A stretch of DNA of 64,000 nucleotides, taken from Halobacteriovoraceae bacterium. GTDB lineage: Bacteria > Bdellovibrionota > Bacteriovoracia > Bacteriovoracales > Bacteriovoracaceae. The notes under the pieces are model-generated. The model did no database searches and had not been told where the DNA came from. It worked only from the letters and a program-made list of their open reading frames with translations. The DNA lies in assembly GCA_963719505.1 (NCBI GenBank), contig CAVRCF010000001.1, positions 128,001-192,000 on the forward strand. Reading direction: 5' to 3'. Made by a program: the position numbers and the translations under genes. Every line of letters begins with the position of its first letter. The stretch's first letter is position 1. Positions 38,504-48,611 of the stretch are shown here, piece after piece.

Positions 38504-39214
38504 TTAAGCCTTAAGGGCCTGTGCCTGAGCTTCGAAAACTTTTTTCATCGCAACTGCTGCACAATCAAGAAGAGCATTTAATTGATCTCTAGAAAAAGGC
38601 TCTCCCTCTGCTGTTCCTTGAACTTCGACAAATTTTCCTGACTCAGTCATCACAATATTAACATCTGCCTCACAGGTTGAGTCTTCTTCGTAATTCAAGA
38701 TCCGCTATGGCCATACCTTCTTTATCAAGCCCAACACTTAAGGCTGCAAGCTTCTCGCTAATGGGATTCGTCGCAAGCTTTCCTTCTTTCATAAGTCTCT
38801 CAATTGCTATTTCTAAAGCCACAAAAGCACCTGAAATAGAAGTTGTTCTCGTTCCACCATCGGCAACTAAAACGTCACAGTCTAAAGTTATTTGCATCTC
38901 ACCGAGTTTTTTCATATCAACAACGGCTCGAAGAGCTCTTGCGATTAATCTTTGAATCTCCTGAGTTCTTCCCCCAACTTGACCTCTTTCACGTCTTACA
39001 CGGTCATGAGTAGATCCTGGAAGCATATGAGTACTCAGCTGTTACCCAACCTTTTCCAGTCCCTTTCATCCACCTTGGAACCTCTTCTTCAACACGTCGC
39101 CGTAATATGAACTTTAGTGTTACCAAATTCAGCAATGACACTTCCATAAGCATAAGGATTAATATTTTTTGTAAATTTGATTTCTCTTGGGCTATCTCTT
39201 TTGATTAAAGACAT
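38504..39214 (-). CDS. rph: Ribonuclease PH, frameshifted in this assembly
   Basis: [48 protein letters not shown] spread over several frames. Confidence 0.9.
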
Positions 39215-39277
39215 TGTGTTTTCCTTTGGATATATATGTTAACTATCTCTTTATAACAAAAGCTAGGAACTATCTCA

Positions 39278-39940
39278 ATGAATCATATTCATCTTGAAAC
39301 ATGTCCAAGTACTCAGGATCATTTAATTGCCCTTAATGATTTGTCGCAAAATATCTTGGTGAGCACCAATCTTCAACTTAGCGGTAGAGGGAGAAGATCC
39401 AACTTTTGGTCTTCTGGTCCAGGCTCTTTGACTTTCTCTTTTACTCTTAAAGCTAACGATATTTTAACGTTAACATCCGCTGAAGTTTCCATCCTCTTGT
39501 GCGAATATTTTAACAGAGGAATAAAAGTAAAGTGGCCAAACGATTTATTAAATTCTCATGGTGAAAAGTGCGGAGGAATAATTTTACAAAAAGTAGGTGA
39601 TGTTCTTGTCATAGGCGTGGGACTTAATTTGACCTTTAAACCAAATTCTACATTTGAATATGCAGTTGGATCCATCTTTAGTGAAGATGATCTTTTTGAC
39701 CCTAAAACAGAATCTCAAAATATCTACAACTTTATTCTCAACAACAGACTCTCACCAAATCAGGTTAAAACCAGATGGGTAGACTTTTGCGCTCATTTAA
39801 ATAAACAGGTTGAAGTGATTGAAGACAAGACAATCACTTTGGGGAAGTTTATCGGCATTGGAGATCAAGGCCAGGCGATGATAGAGACACCATTTGAACT
39901 CAAAGAGCTCTACAATGGGTCTCTAAGAATCAAGAATTGA
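39278..39940 (+). CDS. birA: Biotin--protein ligase (group I, no HTH)
   Basis: STQ, Q.SGRGR, KWPND, KCGGI, GVGLN. Confidence 0.9.
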   Translation: MNHIHLETCPSTQDHLIALNDLSQNILVSTNLQLSGRGRRSNFWSSGPGSLTFSFTLKANDILTLTSAEVSILLCEYFNRGIKVKWPNDLLNSHGEKCGGIILQKVGDVLVIGVGLNLTFKPNSTFEYAVGSIFSEDDLFDPKTESQNIYNFILNNRLSPNQVKTRWVDFCAHLNKQVEVIEDKTITLGKFIGIGDQGQAMIETPFELKELYNGSLRIKN

Positions 39941-41242
39941 TTCTGTTATTTTCTCTATCTCTTTTCTTATAAGGTTCTCTGCAAGATCTGGGATAATCTC
40001 CCAAGCTATTTTTTCAATATTGGCTTGGCAGTATTCTTTAACCAGACTCTCAATCATAGGAGTCATTTTTTCTTTAAGGATTTGTTCTATTTGAGCGTCG
40101 TCAAACGTTGGTGCAGCTTTTACAGGTGCATGATCTTTCGTCTCCATAACATCTGCGGGAAAGTCACTTGGAGTTTCTCCAAAATAATCCATATCATCGA
40201 ATGAATCTGTATCGTGATCATCACCTTGTTCGTCACCTTGATCATCGCCGACTGAGTCTTTAACTTCAACAAGTTTATGAGGCTGAACATGAGGAAGATC
40301 ATTCTCCTTCATTGGAACAAAATCATCGATAGTGTCTTCTTCTTCTGGCTCATCGATTTCTTCATCGGCACTCCAAAGGTCTGACTCATCGATCTCATCT
40401 TCAATCTGTGAAGCCAGATCAATTTCATCTTCTGGCTGCTCGGTCACTTCAGGCTCTTCATCATCTTCTTCGATGACAAAGTCATCTAAAGGCACAAGTT
40501 TAGGAGAAGAGCTGCTACCCATATCTGGAAACTCTAGGTCTTCATCTTTTGGAAGAACAATCCCATCATCATTTGTATTATTAGGAAGCTCAATCTCTTT
40601 TGGTATTTCAGAAACCTTAATAACTTCAGGTATCTCCACATGATCTGATTCATGACCTATAATACCAGGAACATCCATTGCCCAATCATCGACAGAGGCT
40701 TGGAGTGTATTTAAATTAATTTTTTCAGTTTTTTCGTTATCGAATTCTTCTGGTTCTTCATCATCAAAGTGAGCGCTGGGAGAATCCATAACCCAATCCT
40801 CTTGCTCATCTTCATCCTCTGATCCACTGTCTTCAATGACTTCAGGGAAAGAATCTTCATCGGTATCACCTAGACTATCTCTCATGGCATGACAAAGAGT
40901 AATAAACTTTGAACCATCAAAAGGTTTAACGATTTTAAAGTCGACGCCGTTTTGCTTGAGCATTTCTTCATCAATAGTATCGAATGTTCCAAACAGCATG
41001 AGGATTTTCGACTCGGCATGAATATCTAAAATAGTGGAGGCGAGCTCATAGCCAGTTTTATCTTCCGATAAATTAAAGTCCAACAAAACGATATCAGGTT
41101 TTACATCTCGCACTTGAGAGCGCAAATCATCAGCTGATAAACATTCAATAATTTCAAACTTTTCGTTAGCTAAAGTTATCTTTATTACTTTTTGGATTGT
41201 GAGGCTGTCATCAGCGACAAGAATTTTATGCATCTTACCCAT
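39923..41242 (-). CDS. romR: RomR-like polarity response regulator
   Basis: N-terminal receiver, long acidic low-complexity linker, C-terminal IEKIAWEIIPDLAENLIRKEI typical of RomR. Confidence 0.8.
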   Translation of the reverse strand: MGKMHKILVADDSLTIQKVIKITLANEKFEIIECLSADDLRSQVRDVKPDIVLLDFNLSEDKTGYELASTILDIHAESKILMLFGTFDTIDEEMLKQNGVDFKIVKPFDGSKFITLCHAMRDSLGDTDEDSFPEVIEDSGSEDEDEQEDWVMDSPSAHFDDEEPEEFDNEKTEKINLNTLQASVDDWAMDVPGIIGHESDHVEIPEVIKVSEIPKEIELPNNTNDDGIVLPKDEDLEFPDMGSSSSPKLVPLDDFVIEEDDEEPEVTEQPEDEIDLASQIEDEIDESDLWSADEEIDEPEEEDTIDDFVPMKENDLPHVQPHKLVEVKDSVGDDQGDEQGDDHDTDSFDDMDYFGETPSDFPADVMETKDHAPVKAAPTFDDAQIEQILKEKMTPMIESLVKEYCQANIEKIAWEIIPDLAENLIRKEIEKITESILDS

Positions 41243-41311
41243 TCCTTAAAAATAGTATTCTTTAGCATGGTACGCAATATAAAATATTATGTCTAATTTT
41301 AGGCAGTTAGC

Positions 41312-42049
41312 TTAGAATTCCAAAACCATCGCGGTTTGGTTATCCATATTGCCCCTACTGTTTGATAGACTAAAAAGCTCAAGAATCTTTTTTTTGAGAT
41401 CTAATTTCGTTTTATTAATGATTGACCTGATTTCATCCTCTACCAATCTGGCATACACCCCGTCTGTCATCAAGATCACGACATCATCTTTAAATATTCT
41501 GAGCTCCTTGACCTGGTAGTAAAGATCTGGAAAGAGTCCAAATCCACTCAGGGGCATAGATTTTAAGTGAGCATCAAAATTGTCTCCTGATAGAAACTGA
41601 AAGCTATCTTCAACAAATACTTTGGACATTATTCCGTTTCGAATAACAAAGGCACAGCAATTCCCCACCGAAGCCATCGTCAAAACACTCTCACTGGCCG
41701 CGGCAAACATCCCAGACGCTCCAGCTCTTTGAGCAACCTCTTTTGAAGCATTATCTCTCATAAGAGCGTCATGAGAAAACATCATGGCATTTATCAAGGC
41801 ATTGCCTTCGATGAGATACTTTGGACTGTAGAAAAAAGGAAGAGTGCAGTCAGGATCAGTAGAGATTTGAGTGTAGAACTTTTTCATATTTTCTTTCAAC
41901 TTATTAACAGCTATATCACCACTGCCAACACCGCCAAAACCATCAAAGATCATGTAGAGATTATTTTCTAAATCAAAGTCGTAAGCATCTTCATTTATTT
42001 GTAGAAATGGTCCTTGATCAGATTGTGCATTAAAAGATTTAAGTCTCAT
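41312..42049 (-). CDS. PP2C-family Ser/Thr phosphatase-like protein
   Basis: NED, DGFGG, TDGV, DNQT; VGN replaces the usual VGD. Confidence 0.8.
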   Translation of the reverse strand: MRLKSFNAQSDQGPFLQINEDAYDFDLENNLYMIFDGFGGVGSGDIAVNKLKENMKKFYTQISTDPDCTLPFFYSPKYLIEGNALINAMMFSHDALMRDNASKEVAQRAGASGMFAAASESVLTMASVGNCCAFVIRNGIMSKVFVEDSFQFLSGDNFDAHLKSMPLSGFGLFPDLYYQVKELRIFKDDVVILMTDGVYARLVEDEIRSIINKTKLDLKKKILELFSLSNSRGNMDNQTAMVLEF

Positions 42050-42051
42050 GT

Positions 42052-44247
42052 CTACTCCAAGTAATTCTGTAATTTTTGAGTTGCTTTATTATAGTAGTCG
42101 CTATTGACCGGAGAGATCTGCTGAACTTGCTCAAATTTCTCTTTCGCTTCATCAAATAAACTTAGAGATTCAGAAATAAGGGCCTCTCGGTAAAGCTTTC
42201 TCGATCTATTTGTTAATGTTTGTAAGATGGCATCTCTCTCATTCAAAGCTTCTTCATGTGAAGGATCTTGTTTCAAAATTTCGCCATAAGTTTCATAGGC
42301 CCTTTTTAAATCTTGGCCCTCTTTGAATGATCTTGCTTGTCCCAAAAGAGGATTAATTATCGAAGATAGCTTTCTTTGAGAAGTCTTTATCATATCGGTG
42401 GCTTCTTTGATGAGATCTTCGTCCATCCCTTGTAGCCTTGTGAATTTTTCTAATTTATCAATCGCCTTAAACCACTCTTCTTTTAAGTAAAGACCTTTTC
42501 CTGGAGCAAGAGCATCCACCATCGTCTGTCTCTTAGCTTTAATTCTTGCGGCTTCTAATTTCTTTTCTTCCTCAGCTGCTTTGAATGCGTTTAACTCTAA
42601 CCTCATTTGAGGCACGTCGATATTCTCCGGATCGAGTTCCATGATTTGTCCAAAAAGGCTTTCGGCAACCACGACTTCACGGTTTTTCGTCGCTTCTTTT
42701 GCCTTCACCACCAACTTTGAAACCTTTCTTTGTCGCTCTAATCTCTCTTTTTCTGCTTCTTCCTCTTTCTTTATTCGCAATAGCTCTTCATAGCCTTGCT
42801 TAACGAGCTTTAAAAGAGTTGATGTGTCTTTATAATCAGGATCGATGGCCTTAATAATTTCTAGGTATTCTTTAGCCTCATAATAAGCACCGGCTTCGTA
42901 TTTTGACAGGGCGAGGGCATAGTTTTGCTCTAACTTCTCAATTGTCTCAGGAGAAAGTTGTCTCTTTGGAGTTTCTGCAGCTTTATCCTTCGCCTGTTGC
43001 TTTGGATTCTTTACTGGAGCTTTCTTTTGGGGTGTCTTAGTGTCATCCATAAGGATGTAGCCCAAAATTAAGAGAACGAGTCCTATTATGGCTCTTATTC
43101 TTTTTTTAGGATCTTTCCAAATCCTTTTTATAAAACTTTTTTCCTCAGGCTCAGTCATTCCGAATTCGCCGCCGCTTTCAGCGTCCTCATCGAAATCGAC
43201 TTCCTCTTCTATCACTTCTTCGACTTCAATTTCTTGATCTGCCTCAACCGGCATTAAGATATCTCTTTCTGACTCAATGAGTTCTGAGCTTATGACAACA
43301 TCAAAACGTGTCTGACCAATTTGGAATGAATCACCGCTAATGAGATCCGAAGTGTTTATCCTCTCACCATCTTTAATCGTTCCATTAGAAGAATTAAGGT
43401 CTTCAATTTTACATGCGAGAATTGTTTTCTTTATAACAGCGTGAACGCTTGAAACCTCTGAATCATCAAGGACAATTTGACATTTTTCCGGGTCTCGTCC
43501 AATAAATGTTTCTGCGCCTTCAATTTTATATCGATCGAAAGGAACATTGGGGCCAGATAAAACTAGTGAGTAATTAGCGAACGACTGAAAAACCTGAGTG
43601 CTATCACCGGCGTCATCTCCAAAACCACCATCTTCTCCAAAGCCTGCTTCGTCTTCAAAACCCTCTTCACCAAAGGCATCATCACTGGCAAAAGACTCTT
43701 CTTCACCAAAGCTATCTTCCCTTCCAAAATTGTCTTCTGTTTTAAACTCATCAGAGTCTAGTGGAGCTTCCTCTTCTGAAAGATTTTCATTTTCGACTTC
43801 AAAGCCCTCTGTTTCAGGAGACTCTTCTATGATTTGTGTTTCCTCTTCCGGCTCAGCCAGGTCATCGAAAAGAACTGTTCCTTCCTCTTCTCCAGTTTCT
43901 GGCTCGGGGATATTATCCTCTGGGATTTGGTCAATTGTCTTGAGTTCAAGGTCTGATAAAGCGATGAGATAATTTCCAACAGAGATTTTGTCTCCACTTT
44001 TTAAGGGAGCCATCTCAATTTCTGTGCCATTTAAGGACAGACTTCCATAGCTTGATAGTTTCTTTAATTTATAATGATCACCATCGAGTTCAATTGTAGC
44101 GTGGTGCCTCGATATCTGTTGATCATCAAGTTCAACATGACAGTCATCACTTCTCCCAATAAACACTTTTGATCCCCCAAGAAAATCATCTTTAGGCACA
44201 TCAATTGTAAATTGGTTTTCTCCAAAAAGGAGGACGTCAATTTTCAT
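42052..44247 (-). CDS. Membrane protein with two FHA domains and C-terminal TPR-like region
   Basis: Two GR...S..H...(N)G FHA units, acidic linkers, one TM, helical repeats. Confidence 0.85.
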   Translation of the reverse strand: MKIDVLLFGENQFTIDVPKDDFLGGSKVFIGRSDDCHVELDDQQISRHHATIELDGDHYKLKKLSSYGSLSLNGTEIEMAPLKSGDKISVGNYLIALSDLELKTIDQIPEDNIPEPETGEEEGTVLFDDLAEPEEETQIIEESPETEGFEVENENLSEEEAPLDSDEFKTEDNFGREDSFGEEESFASDDAFGEEGFEDEAGFGEDGGFGDDAGDSTQVFQSFANYSLVLSGPNVPFDRYKIEGAETFIGRDPEKCQIVLDDSEVSSVHAVIKKTILACKIEDLNSSNGTIKDGERINTSDLISGDSFQIGQTRFDVVISSELIESERDILMPVEADQEIEVEEVIEEEVDFDEDAESGGEFGMTEPEEKSFIKRIWKDPKKRIRAIIGLVLLILGYILMDDTKTPQKKAPVKNPKQQAKDKAAETPKRQLSPETIEKLEQNYALALSKYEAGAYYEAKEYLEIIKAIDPDYKDTSTLLKLVKQGYEELLRIKKEEEAEKERLERQRKVSKLVVKAKEATKNREVVVAESLFGQIMELDPENIDVPQMRLELNAFKAAEEEKKLEAARIKAKRQTMVDALAPGKGLYLKEEWFKAIDKLEKFTRLQGMDEDLIKEATDMIKTSQRKLSSIINPLLGQARSFKEGQDLKRAYETYGEILKQDPSHEEALNERDAILQTLTNRSRKLYREALISESLSLFDEAKEKFEQVQQISPVNSDYYNKATQKLQNYLE

Positions 44248-44249
44248 CG

Positions 44250-45215
44250 TTAATTAATCTCTTGTTGGCATTCAACTTCGCCAGGCTCTAGTCCTAGTTT
44301 CTCTTCCATTTTAGTAATATTTTCTTTTGCGTTTACATATCTTTCATCTTCGGGGTAGCGATATAGAAGCCTTATCACAGAACAATAAGATACAATGGCA
44401 CTTTGCAGTTTAAAGGCATCCTCATCTCTTTTTGCTTTTAGGATTAAGTCTTTAACCGTTTTATCTAAAGCCTCTTTTGTTTTTCTCAAATAGAAAAGAG
44501 CTTGTGGATCACTAGGACTCCATGAAAGGGCATGTTCAAACTCACTCATGGCCCTAAAGTAATTGTTTTCCCTAAATTCTCTTAAACCTTTTTGAAAATA
44601 AATATTCATCTTATCTTGAACTTTTTTATCTTTTTGTTGTTTACCTTTTAAGGATTCTGCAATCGACCCCGAGATTTCTTTTATATCGTATCTATTTTTC
44701 TTTCGCGCATTAGGATCTTTCGCATCTTCTCCACTCATGACGGCGATTCCTAAAGCGGCGATAATCACGACAATCAATAAAGGTGTAAGTTTACTTTTCT
44801 TGACCTCATCTTCATCATCGTATTCATCTTCATCTATAGGTGCTTCGACTTCTTTAAGCTTTGATTTGACTTCCACACGGTTAAATTTATAAACCGTTTG
44901 TCCAATAATTATTCTATCACCCTCGCTCAGAACATGTTGTTTAACCTTTAGGTCATTTACCACCACACCATTTTGAGACCCCAGATCAGTGAGGATGTAG
45001 TCCTTACCGACTTTAGCGATTTCACAATGTTCCCGGGATGACTTGATATCCAAGACACGAATATCAGCTTTATCAGAGCGCCCTAAGACAACCCTTTTTC
45101 CCATGATAAAATAGGCACTACCTTTGGTCTTCCCTGTTAAGCAAACAAGGCGATGGTATTCCCCTGCGTCTTTTGGCGCTTCGAAATGTTTAAATACTTT
45201 TACAGCACTACTCAT
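44250..45215 (-). CDS. FHA-TM-TPR protein
   Basis: LGRS, SREH, GSQNG; TM; YFQKG...A..EF..AL...P. Confidence 0.85.
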   Translation of the reverse strand: MSSAVKVFKHFEAPKDAGEYHRLVCLTGKTKGSAYFIMGKRVVLGRSDKADIRVLDIKSSREHCEIAKVGKDYILTDLGSQNGVVVNDLKVKQHVLSEGDRIIIGQTVYKFNRVEVKSKLKEVEAPIDEDEYDDEDEVKKSKLTPLLIVVIIAALGIAVMSGEDAKDPNARKKNRYDIKEISGSIAESLKGKQQKDKKVQDKMNIYFQKGLREFRENNYFRAMSEFEHALSWSPSDPQALFYLRKTKEALDKTVKDLILKAKRDEDAFKLQSAIVSYCSVIRLLYRYPEDERYVNAKENITKMEEKLGLEPGEVECQQEIN

Positions 45216-45217
45216 TC

Positions 45218-46780
45218 TTATTCATCCAATACAAAAGTGATATAGAAAGCCTTAGCGAAGTTATCTTTCCCCATTAAAGCCGTAACATTTATCATATAAT
45301 TCTTTCCAGTAAGTTCATAAATTTCACTTTGATTTGACCCTTCGTTATTCGCTGACTGATCACATAAGTCTATGACAGTGGCTGCAAAACCTTGGTCTCT
45401 AGCGGTATCAAGCAGGGAACTTCCCTGAGCGATACTTTCTCTTAATCCCGTTAGGTCTTCACCTTCAGGATTTATATGCTCAATGAGCTTTTCTGAATTA
45501 AGAATCACAACTGGGCCTTGGGCTCCTGCCATAAATTCATAAAGTGTTCTAAGATAAGCCGAGTCCTCTTCAATTTCTGCAAACTCTCCACTATCGTCAT
45601 TTTGAAGTTCCCTTATACGGGATAAGACTGAATTGATTGTATTCCTCAATGGGTTGATTTCAGCAAAGAGACTTTTACTTTCAAGTTCTTTTCTTTTCCC
45701 TCTTAGGACTTCTTCAATTTGAATGCGAAATTCTTCTAAGGGTTTTGTTGTTAAGTAGTACAGCATTCCAAAAAAGATAACGGCAATAAGACAGGTAATT
45801 ATCAGCGACTCTATATAAGCAGTGGAATTATTCGATGCCGAACTTGCTAAAGAACTTGGTTCAAAGCGAATGGCAATATATCCAACGGGTTCCTGTTGGC
45901 CTGTTTGGACGTTGTGAGAGGTAATAGCTCGGGCGATTCCCAGTTCATTACCACCTAAACGTTTTTTAAAGGAACGCCTTATATTTTCATAGTTTTTAAA
46001 ATAGTCCTTGGCCTCAATAGAAAAAGAGTCATTAATATAGGAATTGAGTTTATCAAGTGGTCTTACAATTCTTCCTTCTAAATCAAAAAGCTCATAAGAA
46101 GTTACTCCTTCTGCATCACCATCGAGAAAGCTGGTATTAATTTGATCGAGATTTCCTCTTTTCAAAGCGACAGCATTAAAGCGTGAAACTTCCTTTGCGT
46201 ACTGACTTCCTCTATTGGCAACTTCTTTAACAAGGATATTATTACTTGTTATTAAAACAGGGCCAATTGTAAATCCAATACTCGTACAAATAAAAATAAA
46301 GAGCAGGATCCCTATCATTACATTCCATTCATATTGTTCATTAAAACTATAAAGAACGGACATGACTTTATGCTTAAATATAAATTTCATTTTTCCAATG
46401 AAGTCTTTTGGCATCGCCTCTGTCGAGCTATACGATCCCTCATCCTCTTCAGAAACTTTGGCGACCTTCTTTTTAACAACAACTTTCTTTTCTTTAACGT
46501 AGACAACTTGAAAGATCACGTTTGGAAGTGCAACCTTATCGCCATTTTGTATGGTCGCTTTTTTAATAAGCTTACCGTTAACAAAGGTTCCATTACTTGA
46601 ACCGAGGTCTTCAACGAAACAAGTTGTTTGGTTGACAGTAATCTGCATATGTTGTTTGGAGACACCATTGACAGCAAGGTTATGCGTGCAATCGTGGCCT
46701 CGTCCTAGAGTGTTTTCACCCTCTTCCAGAACAAACTCTTTTCCTCTTAACTTTCCACCAACAGCTACAAGTTTAAACAC
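45218..46780 (-). CDS. FHA protein with two TMs, periplasmic domain, HAMP-like and PAS-like C-terminus
   Basis: LGRG, SKQH, GSSNGT; TKPL...EI..L...IN; VVILN...I..IN. Confidence 0.75.
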   Translation of the reverse strand: MFKLVAVGGKLRGKEFVLEEGENTLGRGHDCTHNLAVNGVSKQHMQITVNQTTCFVEDLGSSNGTFVNGKLIKKATIQNGDKVALPNVIFQVVYVKEKKVVVKKKVAKVSEEDEGSYSSTEAMPKDFIGKMKFIFKHKVMSVLYSFNEQYEWNVMIGILLFIFICTSIGFTIGPVLITSNNILVKEVANRGSQYAKEVSRFNAVALKRGNLDQINTSFLDGDAEGVTSYELFDLEGRIVRPLDKLNSYINDSFSIEAKDYFKNYENIRRSFKKRLGGNELGIARAITSHNVQTGQQEPVGYIAIRFEPSSLASSASNNSTAYIESLIITCLIAVIFFGMLYYLTTKPLEEFRIQIEEVLRGKRKELESKSLFAEINPLRNTINSVLSRIRELQNDDSGEFAEIEEDSAYLRTLYEFMAGAQGPVVILNSEKLIEHINPEGEDLTGLRESIAQGSSLLDTARDQGFAATVIDLCDQSANNEGSNQSEIYELTGKNYMINVTALMGKDNFAKAFYITFVLDE

Positions 46781-47114
46781 CTGTCACCTCCAGTAGATCT
46801 CCTTCCGTTATAGTCAGTGGAACCTTTCCACTTGGAAGTTCAATAACTTTTCTCGCCTTAAAGTAAATAAGACTAAAACGCCAAGGTTTAAAATTTCTCA
46901 ATATTTTAACAATTTTAAAATCATTATCCACAAAGACAGCATCGATAGGAAAGAAAACGAAACAATTATGAATTGAAGTACACGGCTCTATTATTAATCC
47001 ATCTCCAACAATTTCTTTTCTAAACATCAACCCTCGCAGTCTATCAATAAATGATGTTGCAACCTTTATATCTTTACCAAGAACTGTCTTTGTTTTTTTA
47101 TGAGTGACTATCAT
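46773..47114 (-). CDS. DUF192 family protein
   Basis: ATSFIDRLRGLMFR, SIH.CFVFFPID.VF, VIELP.G. Confidence 0.85.
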   Translation of the reverse strand: MIVTHKKTKTVLGKDIKVATSFIDRLRGLMFRKEIVGDGLIIEPCTSIHNCFVFFPIDAVFVDNDFKIVKILRNFKPWRFSLIYFKARKVIELPSGKVPLTITEGDLLEVTGV

Positions 47115-48547
47115 CAGTTACCTGCCACAAATTGAAGAACGATAGGAGCGGCTATAATAATAAAAACCGCAGGCATAATAAACATAAGCATTGGGAAAAG
47201 GATTTTAGTTGCTGCTGTCGCACCAGCTTTCTCAGCTTCCGATGATCTTTTTTGTCTCAACTCCCCTGCTAAGGTTTTTAAAATGGGTCCAATTGATGCA
47301 CCAACAGAATCCGCGGCAATGAGGGTTGCACAGAAAGAGGAAATGGGAAGACAGTCTGCTCGCCATGAAAGTTGTCTTAAACCTTCAGCTCTACTGGCCC
47401 CAATTTTTGTCTCTTTTATCATGATTTCGAACTCATCCACCAATGGTGAAGGAGGAGCTTTTTCAATAACTTTTTGTATCGCGGCCATAAAATCGAGTCC
47501 AGCTTCGACTGAAAGAGCCAGCATATCGACAATAAAAGGCATATTTTTTATCATCTCTTTTTTTCTGACATCAATCTTTCCCTTAACCCATATGTCTGGA
47601 TAAACAAAACCCAATACAGAGACGATAGGGATCGCCATCATCGGCCAGTCAGCCTCAATAAATTCTCTCACGGCTATAAACAATATCGGAGCACCTATAA
47701 TAAGGAAAAGTTTAAAAGCTAAGAAGTCTTCAGGTGTAAGCTCTTTAGTTAAACCAGCAGAAGCCAGAGGTCGCCTGTATTTTTCTCGCAGCTTCTTCTT
47801 ATTTTTCATCCCTAAAACAACGGGACTAAAGTATCGTTTGAAAAATGGTCGCGAATATTTTAGAACGATGTCATTGACCACCTTCTTGGCCTCATCAGCA
47901 CTCTCTGCATCTTCTAAGCTCTCTTGTGCTTTAAATCGCCCTTCTTCTTTAAAAATTGAACTGGCCACCAAAAAGACGGCCAGACCGACTAGAAAAAATG
48001 CTGTGTATAGGATCGTGTCGTTACCTTCAAATAAACTCTCTTCAACTGTCTTTTTATAGAAGGTAACTTTCGCCTCATCTGTCGCAAGAACACACTTTTT
48101 ACTATCCATCGACAAGATAAAATCATTGGCACTAACTTGGTCAAATCCCGCTCTATCAGTACTCCATGAATCGTATTCTCTTTTGATTGTGAAAGTCGCC
48201 GTAGGATTATAGATTGTGTCGCCTATATACGTCGTTGCCTGCAAGAAGACACTACATTCTGTTTGAGATGTGTAGGCGCTTTTAACAGTAAACTTTCCTA
48301 AGTGACCTGTTTGCGTTTGATAGAAGTATGTTTTGTCCCTTAGTTCTTCAAGCTTTTCTGGATCGATCAAAAGAATTTTTGTCTTCTTCATATCCGGAAG
48401 TCTTTCAGCGATACAATCTTTTCCAATTCGATCGTAAGTATCTGCACACCGAGCATAAGCACTATGAATGGGCATCATACTCATAAGAAAAATGAAAATA
48501 AAAAAACGGAAGCTGTTTTTTTCTTTCAATGGAGATCCTTCACGCAA
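47114..48547 (-). CDS. tadC: TadC (T2SS-F family) inner-membrane platform protein with N-terminal extension
   Basis: P...DML.LSVEAGL.F..A, G.SR..GL, G.SIG..L, AEK.G.....KILFP....IMPA. Confidence 0.85.
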   Translation of the reverse strand: MREGSPLKEKNSFRFFIFIFLMSMMPIHSAYARCADTYDRIGKDCIAERLPDMKKTKILLIDPEKLEELRDKTYFYQTQTGHLGKFTVKSAYTSQTECSVFLQATTYIGDTIYNPTATFTIKREYDSWSTDRAGFDQVSANDFILSMDSKKCVLATDEAKVTFYKKTVEESLFEGNDTILYTAFFLVGLAVFLVASSIFKEEGRFKAQESLEDAESADEAKKVVNDIVLKYSRPFFKRYFSPVVLGMKNKKKLREKYRRPLASAGLTKELTPEDFLAFKLFLIIGAPILFIAVREFIEADWPMMAIPIVSVLGFVYPDIWVKGKIDVRKKEMIKNMPFIVDMLALSVEAGLDFMAAIQKVIEKAPPSPLVDEFEIMIKETKIGASRAEGLRQLSWRADCLPISSFCATLIAADSVGASIGPILKTLAGELRQKRSSEAEKAGATAATKILFPMLMFIMPAVFIIIAAPIVLQFVAGN

Positions 48548-48611
48548 TATTTCATTTTAATATAATATCAAATATTTGCGCGGGATTCCTAAATGACTGA
48601 AATGAGGAAAA

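Noticed and set aside
40100..43950. Low-complexity TCATC/TCTTC-rich DNA as a repeat element
   Set aside because: Explained by Asp/Glu-rich linkers of RomR and the FHA protein on the minus strand
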